Shown piece after piece: positions 9,697-20,400 of a DNA stretch of 64,000 bases. The stretch is from the NCBI GenBank assembly GCA_040390065.1, contig JAZJZE010000006.1:32001-96000 (forward strand), written 5' to 3'. The DNA comes from a bacterium. GTDB taxonomy: Archaea > Thermoplasmatota > E2 > JACPAO01 > JAHFTW01. The notes under the pieces were generated by a model, which saw only the letters and a list, made by a program, of their open reading frames with translations, was not told the origin of the DNA and searched no databases. The position numbers and the translations under genes are program-made. Within the stretch, counting starts at the first letter, position 1. Every line of letters starts with the position of its first letter.

Positions 9697-12600
9697 ATGC
9701 AGCGCACGCAACCCACCGGCCGCCTGAACAGGTTCTCGGCCCTGACCCTGACGTCTCTCCTGGTAGTCGCCGGGCTTTTCGTCATCCCCCTGCTGGCCCC
9801 GAACGTCAGCGCTGCACCGCCCGTGGTCGCCAAACAATGGTACCAGGACCTCGACTGCAACGGCCACGTCGACGCGGTCACCATTGTCTTCAACGACCCG
9901 CTCGGCACCGCCGTGGCGATGAAGGACGACTCGATCCGTCCCTCCGACTTCACCCTCACCTACGCCCTCGGCACGGGCACCATCAGCATTCCCGCCAACG
10001 GCTTCATGACGACGGCACCCGTCCCCGGCTCCGGCTACCCCGCCGCCGGTTGCGTTGCCGGTGTCACCGCAGGCCTACCGTCCTCTCCCGGCACGAACCA
10101 ACCGACGGCGGCCAACGGCTGCCCCGCCGGAGCCGGCATCGACGACTCGTGCTTCACCCTCCTGTTCCCTGAAGGCCTCAACCCGGACGGCGGCCCCACG
10201 AACAACGGCGGCACGGCCTACAACCCGCCAGCCATCACGTACAACCCTGACGCTGCGGCACCGGCGCACACCGTCGCGGGCATCAACCTCGCGTCGCTTG
10301 GCGCTTGCGCCTCCGGCACCTGCCGGTTCGACGCGACCGCGCCGACGCTGCGCGCGGCCTACGCCAAGACCGGCGATTCGACCATCACCGTCCTGTTCTC
10401 CGAGAACGTCGGCGTCGGCGCCAACGCCGGCACCGTCCCGGCCGCCACGGACTTCTGCGTCACCGGCGCCGCGCAACTCGCGGGCAGCCCCCCTGTCTCC
10501 GTCCCGTCCGGAAGCCTGCCCAACCGCGGCTTCAAACTGACGCTCACGGCGCCCATTGCCAACCCCGCGGCCGTCACCGTCGGCGTCGGCAGCGGCACCT
10601 GCACCTCCAACATCGTCGACACCGCCGGCAACATCGTCCCCGGCCGCACGGTCACGACGGGCGCGCCCTTCGTCAACCGCGTCTATGCGAGCGCCGGCGA
10701 CGCGACCCTCGTGATCGAGTTCAACGGCCCCGTCTGGGACGGCACGACCGACATCACGCAGATTCAGAGCACCTTCGAGGTCATCACGGGTTCCGGCTCC
10801 GGCCTCACCGGCCTGCAGAGCACGGGCTTCCACACGAGCGGCTCCGACCGCGTCCAGGTCTCGGCCCAAGGCTCGCCGCCTAACAAGTGCGACATCACCC
10901 AGTCGGCGACCGATTGCGGTTCCGCCAACGCGGGCACCCGCATCCGCATCGCGGCCAACAAGATCTTCGGCTTCAAGGCGACCGGCATTCCTGAACAGCC
11001 CACCGGCACTCCGGTCGGCCCGTGCGTCTTCACCAACACCGCGGAGGATTTCTGCCTCAACGACCCCGTCAATGTCCCGACGCCTCCCGCCGGGGTCTCG
11101 GGCTCCATCACGGCGCCGCGCGTCGTGCAGTTCATGACCGAGGACACCAACCAGAACGGTTGCCTGGACACCATCAAGGTCACGTGGAACGAGAAGATGG
11201 ACGACAGCACGATTGGAGGAACGGGCTGGCGCGTCTTCTTCCCCAACGAGGTCGTGCAGACGCTGCCGACGATGCAGTCGCTTGAGCCGACGACCGGCGC
11301 CGGCGCGGCGAACGACCAGTACACGTACCTCAACTTCCTTGCGGGAGAGACCTGCACCGGCTCCACCCCGTCGCCCTACGGCAACACGGGCGTCCTGCCC
11401 CGGGTGTCCTTCTGCGACGGCATCGATGTCTCGCGCTCCGGCGCCTGCCTCACATCGACCAAGGACTTTTCGGGCCTGTTGAACACTGGCAGCCAAATGG
11501 TCGCCGGCAACAACATGGCTCTCAAGAATTACATCTACCGCGCCCCGACGGTCGACGGCGCCAAGCCTGTCATCGTGGCGGCTTCGACGCGCGACACGGC
11601 CCCCAACGACGGCTACCTCGACGCAATCAAGATCCAGTTCTCCGAGGGCATTGATGCAACCACGGTCGACGCGACGCAGTGGACGGCGGTCATCCCCGCC
11701 TGGACCGTCGCGGCCCGCTGCCCGCGCGCCGTCGGCTTCACCTACTCGGTGACGAGCGTCACGACGACCAACTCCAACCCGCAGACCCAGCCCGCGCTGC
11801 CGACCCTCGGCACACTCGCAGGCGACGTCATCCTCAACCTCGCGGCCACCCCGGTCACGAACCCGGTTGGCGACTCGGGCTGCGTCCCCGACGTCACGTA
11901 CACGGGCGGCGCCAAGTTCGTCAAGGAGTCCAGCGCCACACCGGGCGGCCTGCTGGCCAACAACGTCCCGGCGGACACGTCGATTGGCGTCTGCGCAGCG
12001 GACGGCACGCTCGGCGGCAACGGCAACACGTTCACCAACAACAAGCTGTGCGAGAACGATGGTGCGCCCCCCGTCATCATCCCGTCCCTGACGTTGGGCA
12101 CGGTCGGTTCCGACACGGCGTACGTCACGATGAGCGAGCCAGTGTTCGGTTCGGGCGGCGGTGCGCCTCCGGCAACCTGCGGCACGCCGGCGGCCGGTGG
12201 CACATGGGCGGCTAGCCAAGGCTTCCTGCGCGCCTCCGACTTCGACTACCAGGACAACTCCAACGGTGGCGCCACGGGCATCGCCGGAGTGAGCTCCATC
12301 AGCAGCGACTGCCGCAAGTGGCAGATCACCCTCAACGTCCCGAACGGCGGCGGCCTCAGCAGCTCGGACCAACTCGCCGACTGCATCCAGTCGCGCATTC
12401 CCACGTCGTCTGCCCAGGAAGGCATCCGCGATGCGGTCCCCGCAGCGCCTTGGGTCTCGCCCCCGGCCACACCGACCGGCATCGGCAACGTCGGCTACCC
12501 GACGGACGGCGCAACCATTCCCTGCGTCAAGTTCACGACTGGACCCTCGCCGGTCTCCGGCGCCGTCACGATGGACTCCGACAGGGACGGCTCCCTCGAC

Positions 12601-15600
12601 GCCATCCAAGTCACGTTCACGTCGAGCGTCAAGGACATCGTCACCAATGCGGCGACACCGGCCTTCGTGGCCGCCGCCTGTCCGGGTGACGCGGACTGTG
12701 GCGCCGCGTTCAAGGCCATCAGCGGATCGCTGGTCTGCCGCGTCGACGTCCTTCCGACTGCCGCTGGCACCGTCGGCCCCGAGGACCGCTTCTACGCCCA
12801 CGTGGGCGGCACATGCACGGCCACCGTCGCGGACGGAGACTTCCGTTACTCCGGAATGCCGGGCACGGCCGCCATCAACAAGAAGGCAGGGACCCCGGTC
12901 GTCTGTGTCGGCACGGCGGACGCTGACTGCGGCAATACCCTCACCGGCGTCACGGGAGGCACTCTGCGCCGGGTGGGTGGCCCAGGCAGCGGTGGCGCTC
13001 CCACGGCGACGGACCTGCTTTACAACGACGTCGGCGGCTCAAGCACGACGAACGTCGAGAACGGCGACTTCCGCCTGTCCGGCGCCGACTCGCGCGCCTG
13101 GTCCGTGACCTTCCCGTCCGGCGTCGCCATCGTGAGCGGTGTGAGCAGCGGCCAGGCCACCGGCCCCGGCACGCACTCCAACACGTTCGGCACCGCCCCC
13201 ACCGGCGCCGCCTGCCACGACTCGACGATCCTGACGGCCAACGTCGCCAACGACAACATCCTCTACATCTGCTTCGAGGAACTGCGCGACGCGGCCGGCA
13301 AGCTCATCCCGAACACGGGCGCGGTCCCGACGTTCAGCTACATGGGATCGACCCTGCTTGACTCGACGGGCGGCGTGATTGGTGTCTTCAACAACCAGGC
13401 GACGGTCGACGGCGCGCAGCCAGTCCTGGTCTCCGCCTTCGTCGGCACGGTTGCCACCGGCGCGTTGCCGATCCTCGGCGCGCAGCCCAAGACGATCACG
13501 GCCACGTTCAGCGAGCCGGTCACCGAGACGGGTGGCAACGCTCTCTTGGTCTCCGACTTCGCTTACACGAACGGCAACGCAGGTGCGGCCAACACGAACT
13601 GCCCCAGCGGCGCCGCGAGCCTTGCATCGCTCGTCTCCGGCGGCACGGCGCCCACGGGAACGCTCAGCCAGACGCACACGGTCGTGCTCACGACGGACGG
13701 GCCCATCACGACCTTCGACGTGGGGCCGAACCCCGTCACGGGCGTCTTCCTCGCCGGCGGCGGCACATGCCTGACAGTGTTCGACAGCGTCCGCGCCATC
13801 TCTGGCCAAGTGGTCGAGAAGGCGGCTCCGCACGCGACCGTCTACACGCCGGCCTCGGCCCTGCGCCTCACGGACGCGGAAGCTCCGAGCATCGCGAGCG
13901 CTGGTTTCATCGACGCCAACGGCGACGGCATCATCGACGCGGTCCAGGTCAAGTTCAACGAAATGGTCAACGACGCTCCGCTGACGGCCGCCGACTGGTC
14001 GGTCAAGATCGGAACGCAAGCGCTGACCATCAAGGCCGTGACGACGGGCCAAGACGGCACCGAAACCGTCGACGGGCCGGGCGTCTGCCAGAACACGTAT
14101 TCGCTCGCGACGGGCACGGGCGCCGTGAAGACGGTCTTCGCGCTGTACCCGGACGAGGTCACGCCCGCAACCGGATTCGGCAAGGGCCTCTTCGACGACA
14201 CCATCTTCCTCTGCCTCAACCCCGACGCGGCGACCGCCAACGGCGGCACCAAGACGCTGGGCACGGGAGCCACGGGCTCGCTGCTGTACTCCGCCGCTGC
14301 CCCCGCAAGCCGCATCACGGACGTCCAGATGGCGACGAACAAGTTGCAGGACCTCGCCGCGGCGGTCACCATCGCAGACCTGGCTCGCCCCGTCATCCTG
14401 AACAACTGCCGCGTCGGCTCGGTCCAAGCCGGGGCCACCTGCCCCGCAGATGTGTCCGACGTCAGCGTCGAGACGGTTGACCTCAACAGCAACGGCAAGA
14501 TTGACGCGCTGAAGGTCACGTTCTCGGAGAAGGTCAAGGACAGCACGTTCACGGTCGGCCAATGGAACCTCGCCGCACGCGCGCTCACGGGCATGCAGAG
14601 CGGCTCCATCGTCCCGACGCCGGCCGGCGAAGTCGACGACGCAACCATCTACCTCACCTTCGCCGAGGCCTCGTCGCTCGACAGCGGCACGGGCCGCTAC
14701 GGCTCGGCCACCATCCCCGACGTCGCGTACTTCGGTTCCGGCTCGATGAAGGACCTCAACAACAACCTGCTTCGCGGGGTGAGTCCCGGCGCGTGCAACG
14801 CACCGACCGTCGGCTGCTCCGACGAACGCGACGGCGCTGCCCCGACCATCGTATCCATCACGGCTGCGCCCGGCACGAACCTGGTCACCATCCAGTTCAG
14901 CGAGAACGTCGGCACGGGTGCGACGGGCACGGGCGCCATCGGCACGGCCGACCTGGCGTACGTCAACACTGCCTCGGGCGGTGCCTCCAGCATCAACAGC
15001 ATCAGCCACGCCGTCGGCAGCTCGACCCTGACGCTCACGCTGAATGCCAACCTGAACTCGGCCGATGTGGCAAGCGGCGGAGACAAGATCGTCTTCACAC
15101 CGGGCAACATCAAGGAGTTCAACTGCGGCGCCCACACGCCCCCGTACGCTTACCCCATCGTCGGCCCTGCGGCGCCCAACTCGTGCTACCGCGAAATCGC
15201 GATCACGCAGTCCAGCGTCGAACTCGCAGGTGTCAAGAGCCACGCGCCGCCGACCGCCCCGGTCCTCACGAAGGACCCAACCGGTGACACGGCAACGGGC
15301 GCCAAGTTCACCTGGACGGTCCCGACGACATCCGGTGGCGCGACCCTGGCATCCTACGAGTTCTTCGTGTGCCAGGCCCCGACGCTCCCCGCGTCGCACG
15401 CGGGCTGTGTTGCTCCGACCGGCGGCCAACCCGCCGCCTCGGCCACGTCGCTCACGGTGACCGGCCTTACGACGGGCAGCACGTACAGCTTCGGCATCCG
15501 TGCCATCGACTCGGACGGCCTGGCTGGCGCCGACTCCAACGGCATCAACGGTTATGTCCCGGCCGCGCCGGACACCGATCCGCCCTGCGCCATCACCGAC

Positions 15601-17061
15601 CTCTCGGTCGGCACGACGACCAGCAACTCGGTCACCCTGACATTCCAGTCGCCGTTCGAGGACTGCGCCGCCCACGCGGGCAAGGTCAAGAGCTACAAGG
15701 TTGCCGTCTCGACGGGCACCGCGATCGGTTCGCAGGCGCAGTTCGATGCAGCCGTCGCGACGACGGGCCTGTCGTTCAGCCCCGCCACGCCGCAAGCGAA
15801 CCCGACGCTTCAGGGGCTGACGGTCAGCAACCTCCAGCCCGGCCAGCAGTACCTCATCAGCGTCGAGGCCGTCGACGACGCCACCCCGACGGCCAACGTC
15901 GGTCCCCTCGGCGCCGCCGTCCCCGCAACGCCGTCGGCTCCTGGTGGGACGCCCGCCAAGATCGTCGACCTCGCCGTCACGGCCGGGTCGGCCTTCGGCA
16001 GCGTCGACCTTTCATGGTCAGCGCCGCCCAAGGACAGCCTCCTCGGAACGGGCACCGTGACGGGCTACGATGTCCGCATCACGACCTCGCCCGGTGGCCT
16101 CGGTGTCCCGGTGAGCAGCAGCGACCTGAGCTTCGGCTTCGGAACGCCGGGAGCACCGGGCCAACCGCAGAGCGCCACCATCTCGGGTCTGTCCGCCGAC
16201 ACGACGTACTACATCACCGTCGCCGGCAAGAACCTCGGCACGACCGGAACGCCGTCGACCCCCGCGTCGATCACGATCGGTTCCGACCCCAACGCGCTCA
16301 CCGTCGCGGCACTGACCGCGTTCGAGACCAGCTTCGCGAACACCCTCAAGGTCACGAACTCGGGCGGCACGAACACGCTGACCTGGGACACGCCGCCGGG
16401 CGACGCGACGCACGCGGCCGAGGGCATCCAGATCTGGAAGTCCACGAACGGCGGCCCGTACACGCTGGTCAAGACCATCTCGTCGCTCAGCCCCGAGTAC
16501 GGCCTGAAGTCGATGACGGACCCCGGCTCGTCCTCGGACAAGTACCGCGGGACGGTCTACTACGGCAACACGGCGGCCAGCGGGTTTGCCGCCAACGGCG
16601 ACCCCAACAGCATCCCGGGTTTCTCGAGCCTCCACGAGGCCAGCGCATCGTCCAACTTCCTGGGTCTCGACCCCATGATCTGGTGGATCATCATCGCGGC
16701 CGTCGGCCTGCTGTTGCTGCTGCTCATCATCCTCCTCATCGTCCGCAGCCGCCGCAACAAGGGCGGCGACTTCGCCGAGGAAGACGACGACGGAGGCTTT
16801 GCCGCGGTCGACGAGGGTGCCGAGGCGGCGCCTGCCATGGAAGCGCCCGATGCCCCGCCGGCGGATGCAGCCGCGGATGCGGCCGCAGCTTCGGCCGCCG
16901 TAGCCGCCGCCGCAGAGACGCCGCCGCCCGCGCAACCACAGGCCTCGGCCGAAAAGCACTACCTCACGTGCCCCAAGTGCACGACCGAGTTCACGGCCAT
17001 GGGTGTCAAGCCGCTTGCCATCCAATGCCCGAACTGCGGTGTCCGCGGCACGCTCCGTTAG
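9697..17061 (+). CDS. Giant surface protein 1 (~2454 aa): six DxDxDG Ig-like modules, three FN3-like domains, TM helix, C-terminal zinc ribbon
   Basis: Signal peptide; motifs DLDCNGHVD, DTNQNGCLD, DTAPNDGYLD, DSDRDGSLD, DANGDGIID and DLNSNGKID, each followed by a strand ending in F/W, usually F(S/N)E; FN3-like LTTGSTYSF, LQPGQQY, LSADTTYY; TM IWWIIIAAVGLLLLLLIILLIV; CPKC-x15-CPNC. Confidence 0.9.
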   Translation: MQRTQPTGRLNRFSALTLTSLLVVAGLFVIPLLAPNVSAAPPVVAKQWYQDLDCNGHVDAVTIVFNDPLGTAVAMKDDSIRPSDFTLTYALGTGTISIPANGFMTTAPVPGSGYPAAGCVAGVTAGLPSSPGTNQPTAANGCPAGAGIDDSCFTLLFPEGLNPDGGPTNNGGTAYNPPAITYNPDAAAPAHTVAGINLASLGACASGTCRFDATAPTLRAAYAKTGDSTITVLFSENVGVGANAGTVPAATDFCVTGAAQLAGSPPVSVPSGSLPNRGFKLTLTAPIANPAAVTVGVGSGTCTSNIVDTAGNIVPGRTVTTGAPFVNRVYASAGDATLVIEFNGPVWDGTTDITQIQSTFEVITGSGSGLTGLQSTGFHTSGSDRVQVSAQGSPPNKCDITQSATDCGSANAGTRIRIAANKIFGFKATGIPEQPTGTPVGPCVFTNTAEDFCLNDPVNVPTPPAGVSGSITAPRVVQFMTEDTNQNGCLDTIKVTWNEKMDDSTIGGTGWRVFFPNEVVQTLPTMQSLEPTTGAGAANDQYTYLNFLAGETCTGSTPSPYGNTGVLPRVSFCDGIDVSRSGACLTSTKDFSGLLNTGSQMVAGNNMALKNYIYRAPTVDGAKPVIVAASTRDTAPNDGYLDAIKIQFSEGIDATTVDATQWTAVIPAWTVAARCPRAVGFTYSVTSVTTTNSNPQTQPALPTLGTLAGDVILNLAATPVTNPVGDSGCVPDVTYTGGAKFVKESSATPGGLLANNVPADTSIGVCAADGTLGGNGNTFTNNKLCENDGAPPVIIPSLTLGTVGSDTAYVTMSEPVFGSGGGAPPATCGTPAAGGTWAASQGFLRASDFDYQDNSNGGATGIAGVSSISSDCRKWQITLNVPNGGGLSSSDQLADCIQSRIPTSSAQEGIRDAVPAAPWVSPPATPTGIGNVGYPTDGATIPCVKFTTGPSPVSGAVTMDSDRDGSLDAIQVTFTSSVKDIVTNAATPAFVAAACPGDADCGAAFKAISGSLVCRVDVLPTAAGTVGPEDRFYAHVGGTCTATVADGDFRYSGMPGTAAINKKAGTPVVCVGTADADCGNTLTGVTGGTLRRVGGPGSGGAPTATDLLYNDVGGSSTTNVENGDFRLSGADSRAWSVTFPSGVAIVSGVSSGQATGPGTHSNTFGTAPTGAACHDSTILTANVANDNILYICFEELRDAAGKLIPNTGAVPTFSYMGSTLLDSTGGVIGVFNNQATVDGAQPVLVSAFVGTVATGALPILGAQPKTITATFSEPVTETGGNALLVSDFAYTNGNAGAANTNCPSGAASLASLVSGGTAPTGTLSQTHTVVLTTDGPITTFDVGPNPVTGVFLAGGGTCLTVFDSVRAISGQVVEKAAPHATVYTPASALRLTDAEAPSIASAGFIDANGDGIIDAVQVKFNEMVNDAPLTAADWSVKIGTQALTIKAVTTGQDGTETVDGPGVCQNTYSLATGTGAVKTVFALYPDEVTPATGFGKGLFDDTIFLCLNPDAATANGGTKTLGTGATGSLLYSAAAPASRITDVQMATNKLQDLAAAVTIADLARPVILNNCRVGSVQAGATCPADVSDVSVETVDLNSNGKIDALKVTFSEKVKDSTFTVGQWNLAARALTGMQSGSIVPTPAGEVDDATIYLTFAEASSLDSGTGRYGSATIPDVAYFGSGSMKDLNNNLLRGVSPGACNAPTVGCSDERDGAAPTIVSITAAPGTNLVTIQFSENVGTGATGTGAIGTADLAYVNTASGGASSINSISHAVGSSTLTLTLNANLNSADVASGGDKIVFTPGNIKEFNCGAHTPPYAYPIVGPAAPNSCYREIAITQSSVELAGVKSHAPPTAPVLTKDPTGDTATGAKFTWTVPTTSGGATLASYEFFVCQAPTLPASHAGCVAPTGGQPAASATSLTVTGLTTGSTYSFGIRAIDSDGLAGADSNGINGYVPAAPDTDPPCAITDLSVGTTTSNSVTLTFQSPFEDCAAHAGKVKSYKVAVSTGTAIGSQAQFDAAVATTGLSFSPATPQANPTLQGLTVSNLQPGQQYLISVEAVDDATPTANVGPLGAAVPATPSAPGGTPAKIVDLAVTAGSAFGSVDLSWSAPPKDSLLGTGTVTGYDVRITTSPGGLGVPVSSSDLSFGFGTPGAPGQPQSATISGLSADTTYYITVAGKNLGTTGTPSTPASITIGSDPNALTVAALTAFETSFANTLKVTNSGGTNTLTWDTPPGDATHAAEGIQIWKSTNGGPYTLVKTISSLSPEYGLKSMTDPGSSSDKYRGTVYYGNTAASGFAANGDPNSIPGFSSLHEASASSNFLGLDPMIWWIIIAAVGLLLLLLIILLIVRSRRNKGGDFAEEDDDGGFAAVDEGAEAAPAMEAPDAPPADAAADAAAASAAVAAAAETPPPAQPQASAEKHYLTCPKCTTEFTAMGVKPLAIQCPNCGVRGTLR

Positions 17062-17071
17062 GCCGGTCCAG

Positions 17072-17093
17072 CCTTTTCTCCCCTTTTCCCCCC
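17072..17093 (+). terminator. Pyrimidine/oligo-T tract after giant 1
   Basis: CCTTTTCTCCCCTTTTCCCCCC starts about 10 nt after the stop, as expected for an archaeal T-rich terminator. Confidence 0.5.
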
Positions 17094-17117
17094 GTGCCGT
17101 CACCGCCAACCTACGGC

Positions 17118-17325
17118 GTCCGCGGATTTGCCTGAAATACCGTGCAGGACCGGTTTGGCCCACGCGCATCTTGCGAGGCCGCGGACTGGGAGCACATTTT
17201 GCCGATTTTGGCGTACCGTTTTGGTCAATCGGCGCACTCCAGATGGATGACGAACTGGAAGGCATCTGCGCAATGGAGCCCGCGGTTCGGTCGGGTCCGA
17301 ATCTGTTGCTTGTTGTTTTAAATAC
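17118..17325 (+). repeat. Dispersed non-coding element, copy A (left part, 33-bp core and promoter-proximal part with TATA)
   Basis: Core TCCAGATGGATGACGAACTGGAAGGCATCTGCG at 17238-17270 is identical to 31049-31081. GCGGACTGGGAGCA..TT..GCCGATT is shared with the minus-strand copy at 58091-58120. TATA GTTTTAAATAC at 17315. Confidence 0.85.
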
Positions 17326-17400
17326 GTCCAGGGATGGGACGGACCAGCAACGCTGATTGCGTGCCGCGAGGGCCGCGTCGGTGTGCCTTGAGGCAACAAC

Positions 17401-20400
17401 ATGGTGGCTGGTTCCCCGAAGCCAAAGTACCGCGCCCCGGCGCGCATCCTGATGGTCGCCGCCGTGCTGCTCCTTGGCAGCCTGATGCCCGCCATCGGCC
17501 CCGCCGCAGCGCAGTCCGGCAGCACGACGCTCATGACCGGCCCGTTCTTCGACGACGCCGGATCGCAGACGTTCCCGCACTGTCCGACGACGCCGACGAA
17601 CCCCGCCCTCAAGGCGCAGAACGACGACGGCATCTGGCAGGTCCGCCAAGTCACTGTCATCTCCTCCACGGACGTCAACCAAGTCACCTTCGATTACGTC
17701 GTCGGCACCGGCACGGGTGTGGGCGCCAACCAGCGCATCGAATGGGGCACGTCCACCGCAGGCAGCAAGGCCGCCGGCTGGCCGAGCATCTCCGTCTCCA
17801 ACGGCGCAGCGTCCGGCAACCTGAACCGCCTCACGTTTTCGGGCGGCACACTGTCGCACCTCAGCCTCGCCGGCCAAGTCTTCACGATCGCGTTCCGCGT
17901 CATCGGAAGCCCCGCGGCCGACGTCTACACGCAGCTGGGCGCCGGCAAGGTCAGCGTCACCGCAGGCAGCAAGGACGTCGTCGGCACCGGCACGGCCTTC
18001 ACGCAGTTCTTCGCCGTCGGCAACACCTTCAAGGTGAGCGGCGACGCGCACCAGTACAAGGTCGCAAGCATCCAGGACGCGACCCACCTCAAGCTCACGG
18101 ACAAGCTGGTCGGCTCCTCCATCACGCCGACGACGGCGCTCAACTACACCAAGATTGACCCGGCCACGACGACCACGCCCGCGACGTTCCCCGTCAAGGT
18201 GGACAACGACGCCAGCATCTGCATCGTCATCGACATGACGCCGCCGCACGTCATCTCGGCCTACACGCGCGACACGAACTTCAACGGTCTCTTGGACGAG
18301 ATGGTCCTCACCTTCGACGAGGAGATGGACCCGACGACGCTGAACCCCGCCTCGTTCGCCGTCAACGCGAGCTCCAGCGGCGAACCCATCCCCTACTCCG
18401 TGCTCCCGTCCAACGGCAAGAGCCTGGTCAAAGGACTGGGCAGCGACGACGGCCATTTCTCCGACCCGGCATGCACCACGGCCTCACCGCCCGCCAATGC
18501 CTGCGTCAACCTCGAGAAGACCCTGAAGTTGTCGCTCGCGGAGGGTTACAAGTACGACACGGGCGTCTTGCCTGAGGTCACGTACCCGAAGGCCGGCGAG
18601 TCGGCGACGTTCTCGGACCTTGCGCACAACCCTCTCGCCAACATCACGAACTCCGACCTCACCGAAGTCGACGGCGCCAAGCCCGTCCTGGTGAGCGTCT
18701 TCGACTTCGAGGGCGCCACCTCGATGATCGCCACGTTCAGCGAACCCGTCACGGGCTCGGGCCCCAAGTCGGGCGCCCAGGCCGGCGACGTCGACAACTG
18801 CATCGGTGGTCTCGGCTGCGTCCGGACGACCGACTTCTTCTACTACGATCGCTGCGCCGGAAAACTCAGCAGCGACAGCCAGTGCAACCCGGCCACGGGC
18901 CTCAGCCACATGTCGGGCACGAATTGCATCACCGCGCAATCCGGTCTTTCCCCTGAGATCGGCGTCTCCATGCACACGCCTGGCCCAACGAACGGCAACA
19001 CGGTGACGCTGCCCGTCATCGCTGTCGCCTCGGACCCTGGCTGCGATGTGGCCGGCAAGGGGCAAGGCGTCAAGGGCTACGTCGGCAAGGGCGACGCTCA
19101 GCAGGCGCTCGGTGATGTCATCGCGCTCAACACAATGGCCTCCGAACCCGTGAGTTCCATCACTTGCCCCGGCATCGACTTCCTGCCCTGCGGCGCCCTC
19201 GTACGCGACGCCACCGGCCTGCGCGGCGTCCCCACGGCTCCGTGCAGCATCGCCAACGTGTGCAACGCCGGCGCCGGCCCCGGCGGCGGCGCCAACGGCA
19301 TCAAGGGCGCAACCTCGTCGCTGCCCCTCGTTGTCGACGCGGTCGTCAACATCGACACCTTCCAAGTCACGCTCAACTTCAACGGTCCCGTGAGCGACGC
19401 CTCCGGCGACGACAAGCCCCTTACGCTGCAGGACCTCACCGTCATCTCGGCCGACGGTCCCAGCAACTCGCAGGGGCCGGGCGGCATCACGCAGATCCTG
19501 CACCGGGCCGGCGCCTCGCGCGCCATCCTGACGCTGGACAAGAAGGTCCGGCCGACGGACGTCGACGACACGCCGACCAAGATCGGCATCAAGTGCAATG
19601 CCATCAAGGGCACGCGGCAGGCGGCGTTCGTGCCGTGCGGCGATCCTGACGGCACGGGCGGATCGGGAGTGGCCCTCATCGACAACGTTCTGCCCGCCAT
19701 CCTCAAGGCCGAGACGGTCGACATGGACCGCGACGGCCAGGTGGACGGTTTGTTCCTGGAGTTCAACGAGCCGGTCGACGACACGACGTTCTGTCAGCTT
19801 GGCAACGCGCCGCCCCCGGCCGAATGCTACCCCGGTTCCGGCGGCGTCGGCCTGCAGGTGGGCAAGTACCACCACCCCGCGGACGCGACGGGTCCGGAGA
19901 CGAAGTACGTCTTCGACACGGACGCCAGCCCCGGAGGCGTTGGCGCGCCCATCAGCGTCGACCAAGGCAACGGCCAGCCCAACGACCGCTTTGGCATCAT
20001 CAAGTTCGTGAACCCGTTCAAGCAGCCCATCGGCCTCGGCACTGCCGACCCGGCCGACACGGCCATCACGACGACCGCCGCAGGCCTGTTCTCCGACCTG
20101 TCCCATCCGGGGCCGCCGACGCAGCCGCCGTACGCCCAGGCCAAGCAGATGGCACAGATCTGCCCCACCGGATGCCTCGGCTCGGTCAAGCTCCTGGACG
20201 GCGCGCCGCCGGTGCTGCTCTCGGCCTTGACGGTCGACACGCGGCTCACGGTTCCTGGAGCCCCCACGGTCAACGACCTGGAAGGGGACGGCTACCTCGA
20301 CGGATACCGCATGACGTTCAGCGAACCCGTGCTCGACAAGTCGTTCTGCCACAACAACCTGCAGACCGGCCCCGTCTACCTGTGCAACTCGGTGGAGTGG

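Noticed and set aside
17241-17275. Conserved peptide [10 protein letters not shown](A/E)M in ORFs at 17003, 22512 and 30667
   Set aside because: The differences between copies are all non-synonymous (M/L, D/C, L/R, A/E) and the ORF contexts are unrelated, so the conservation is at nucleotide level.
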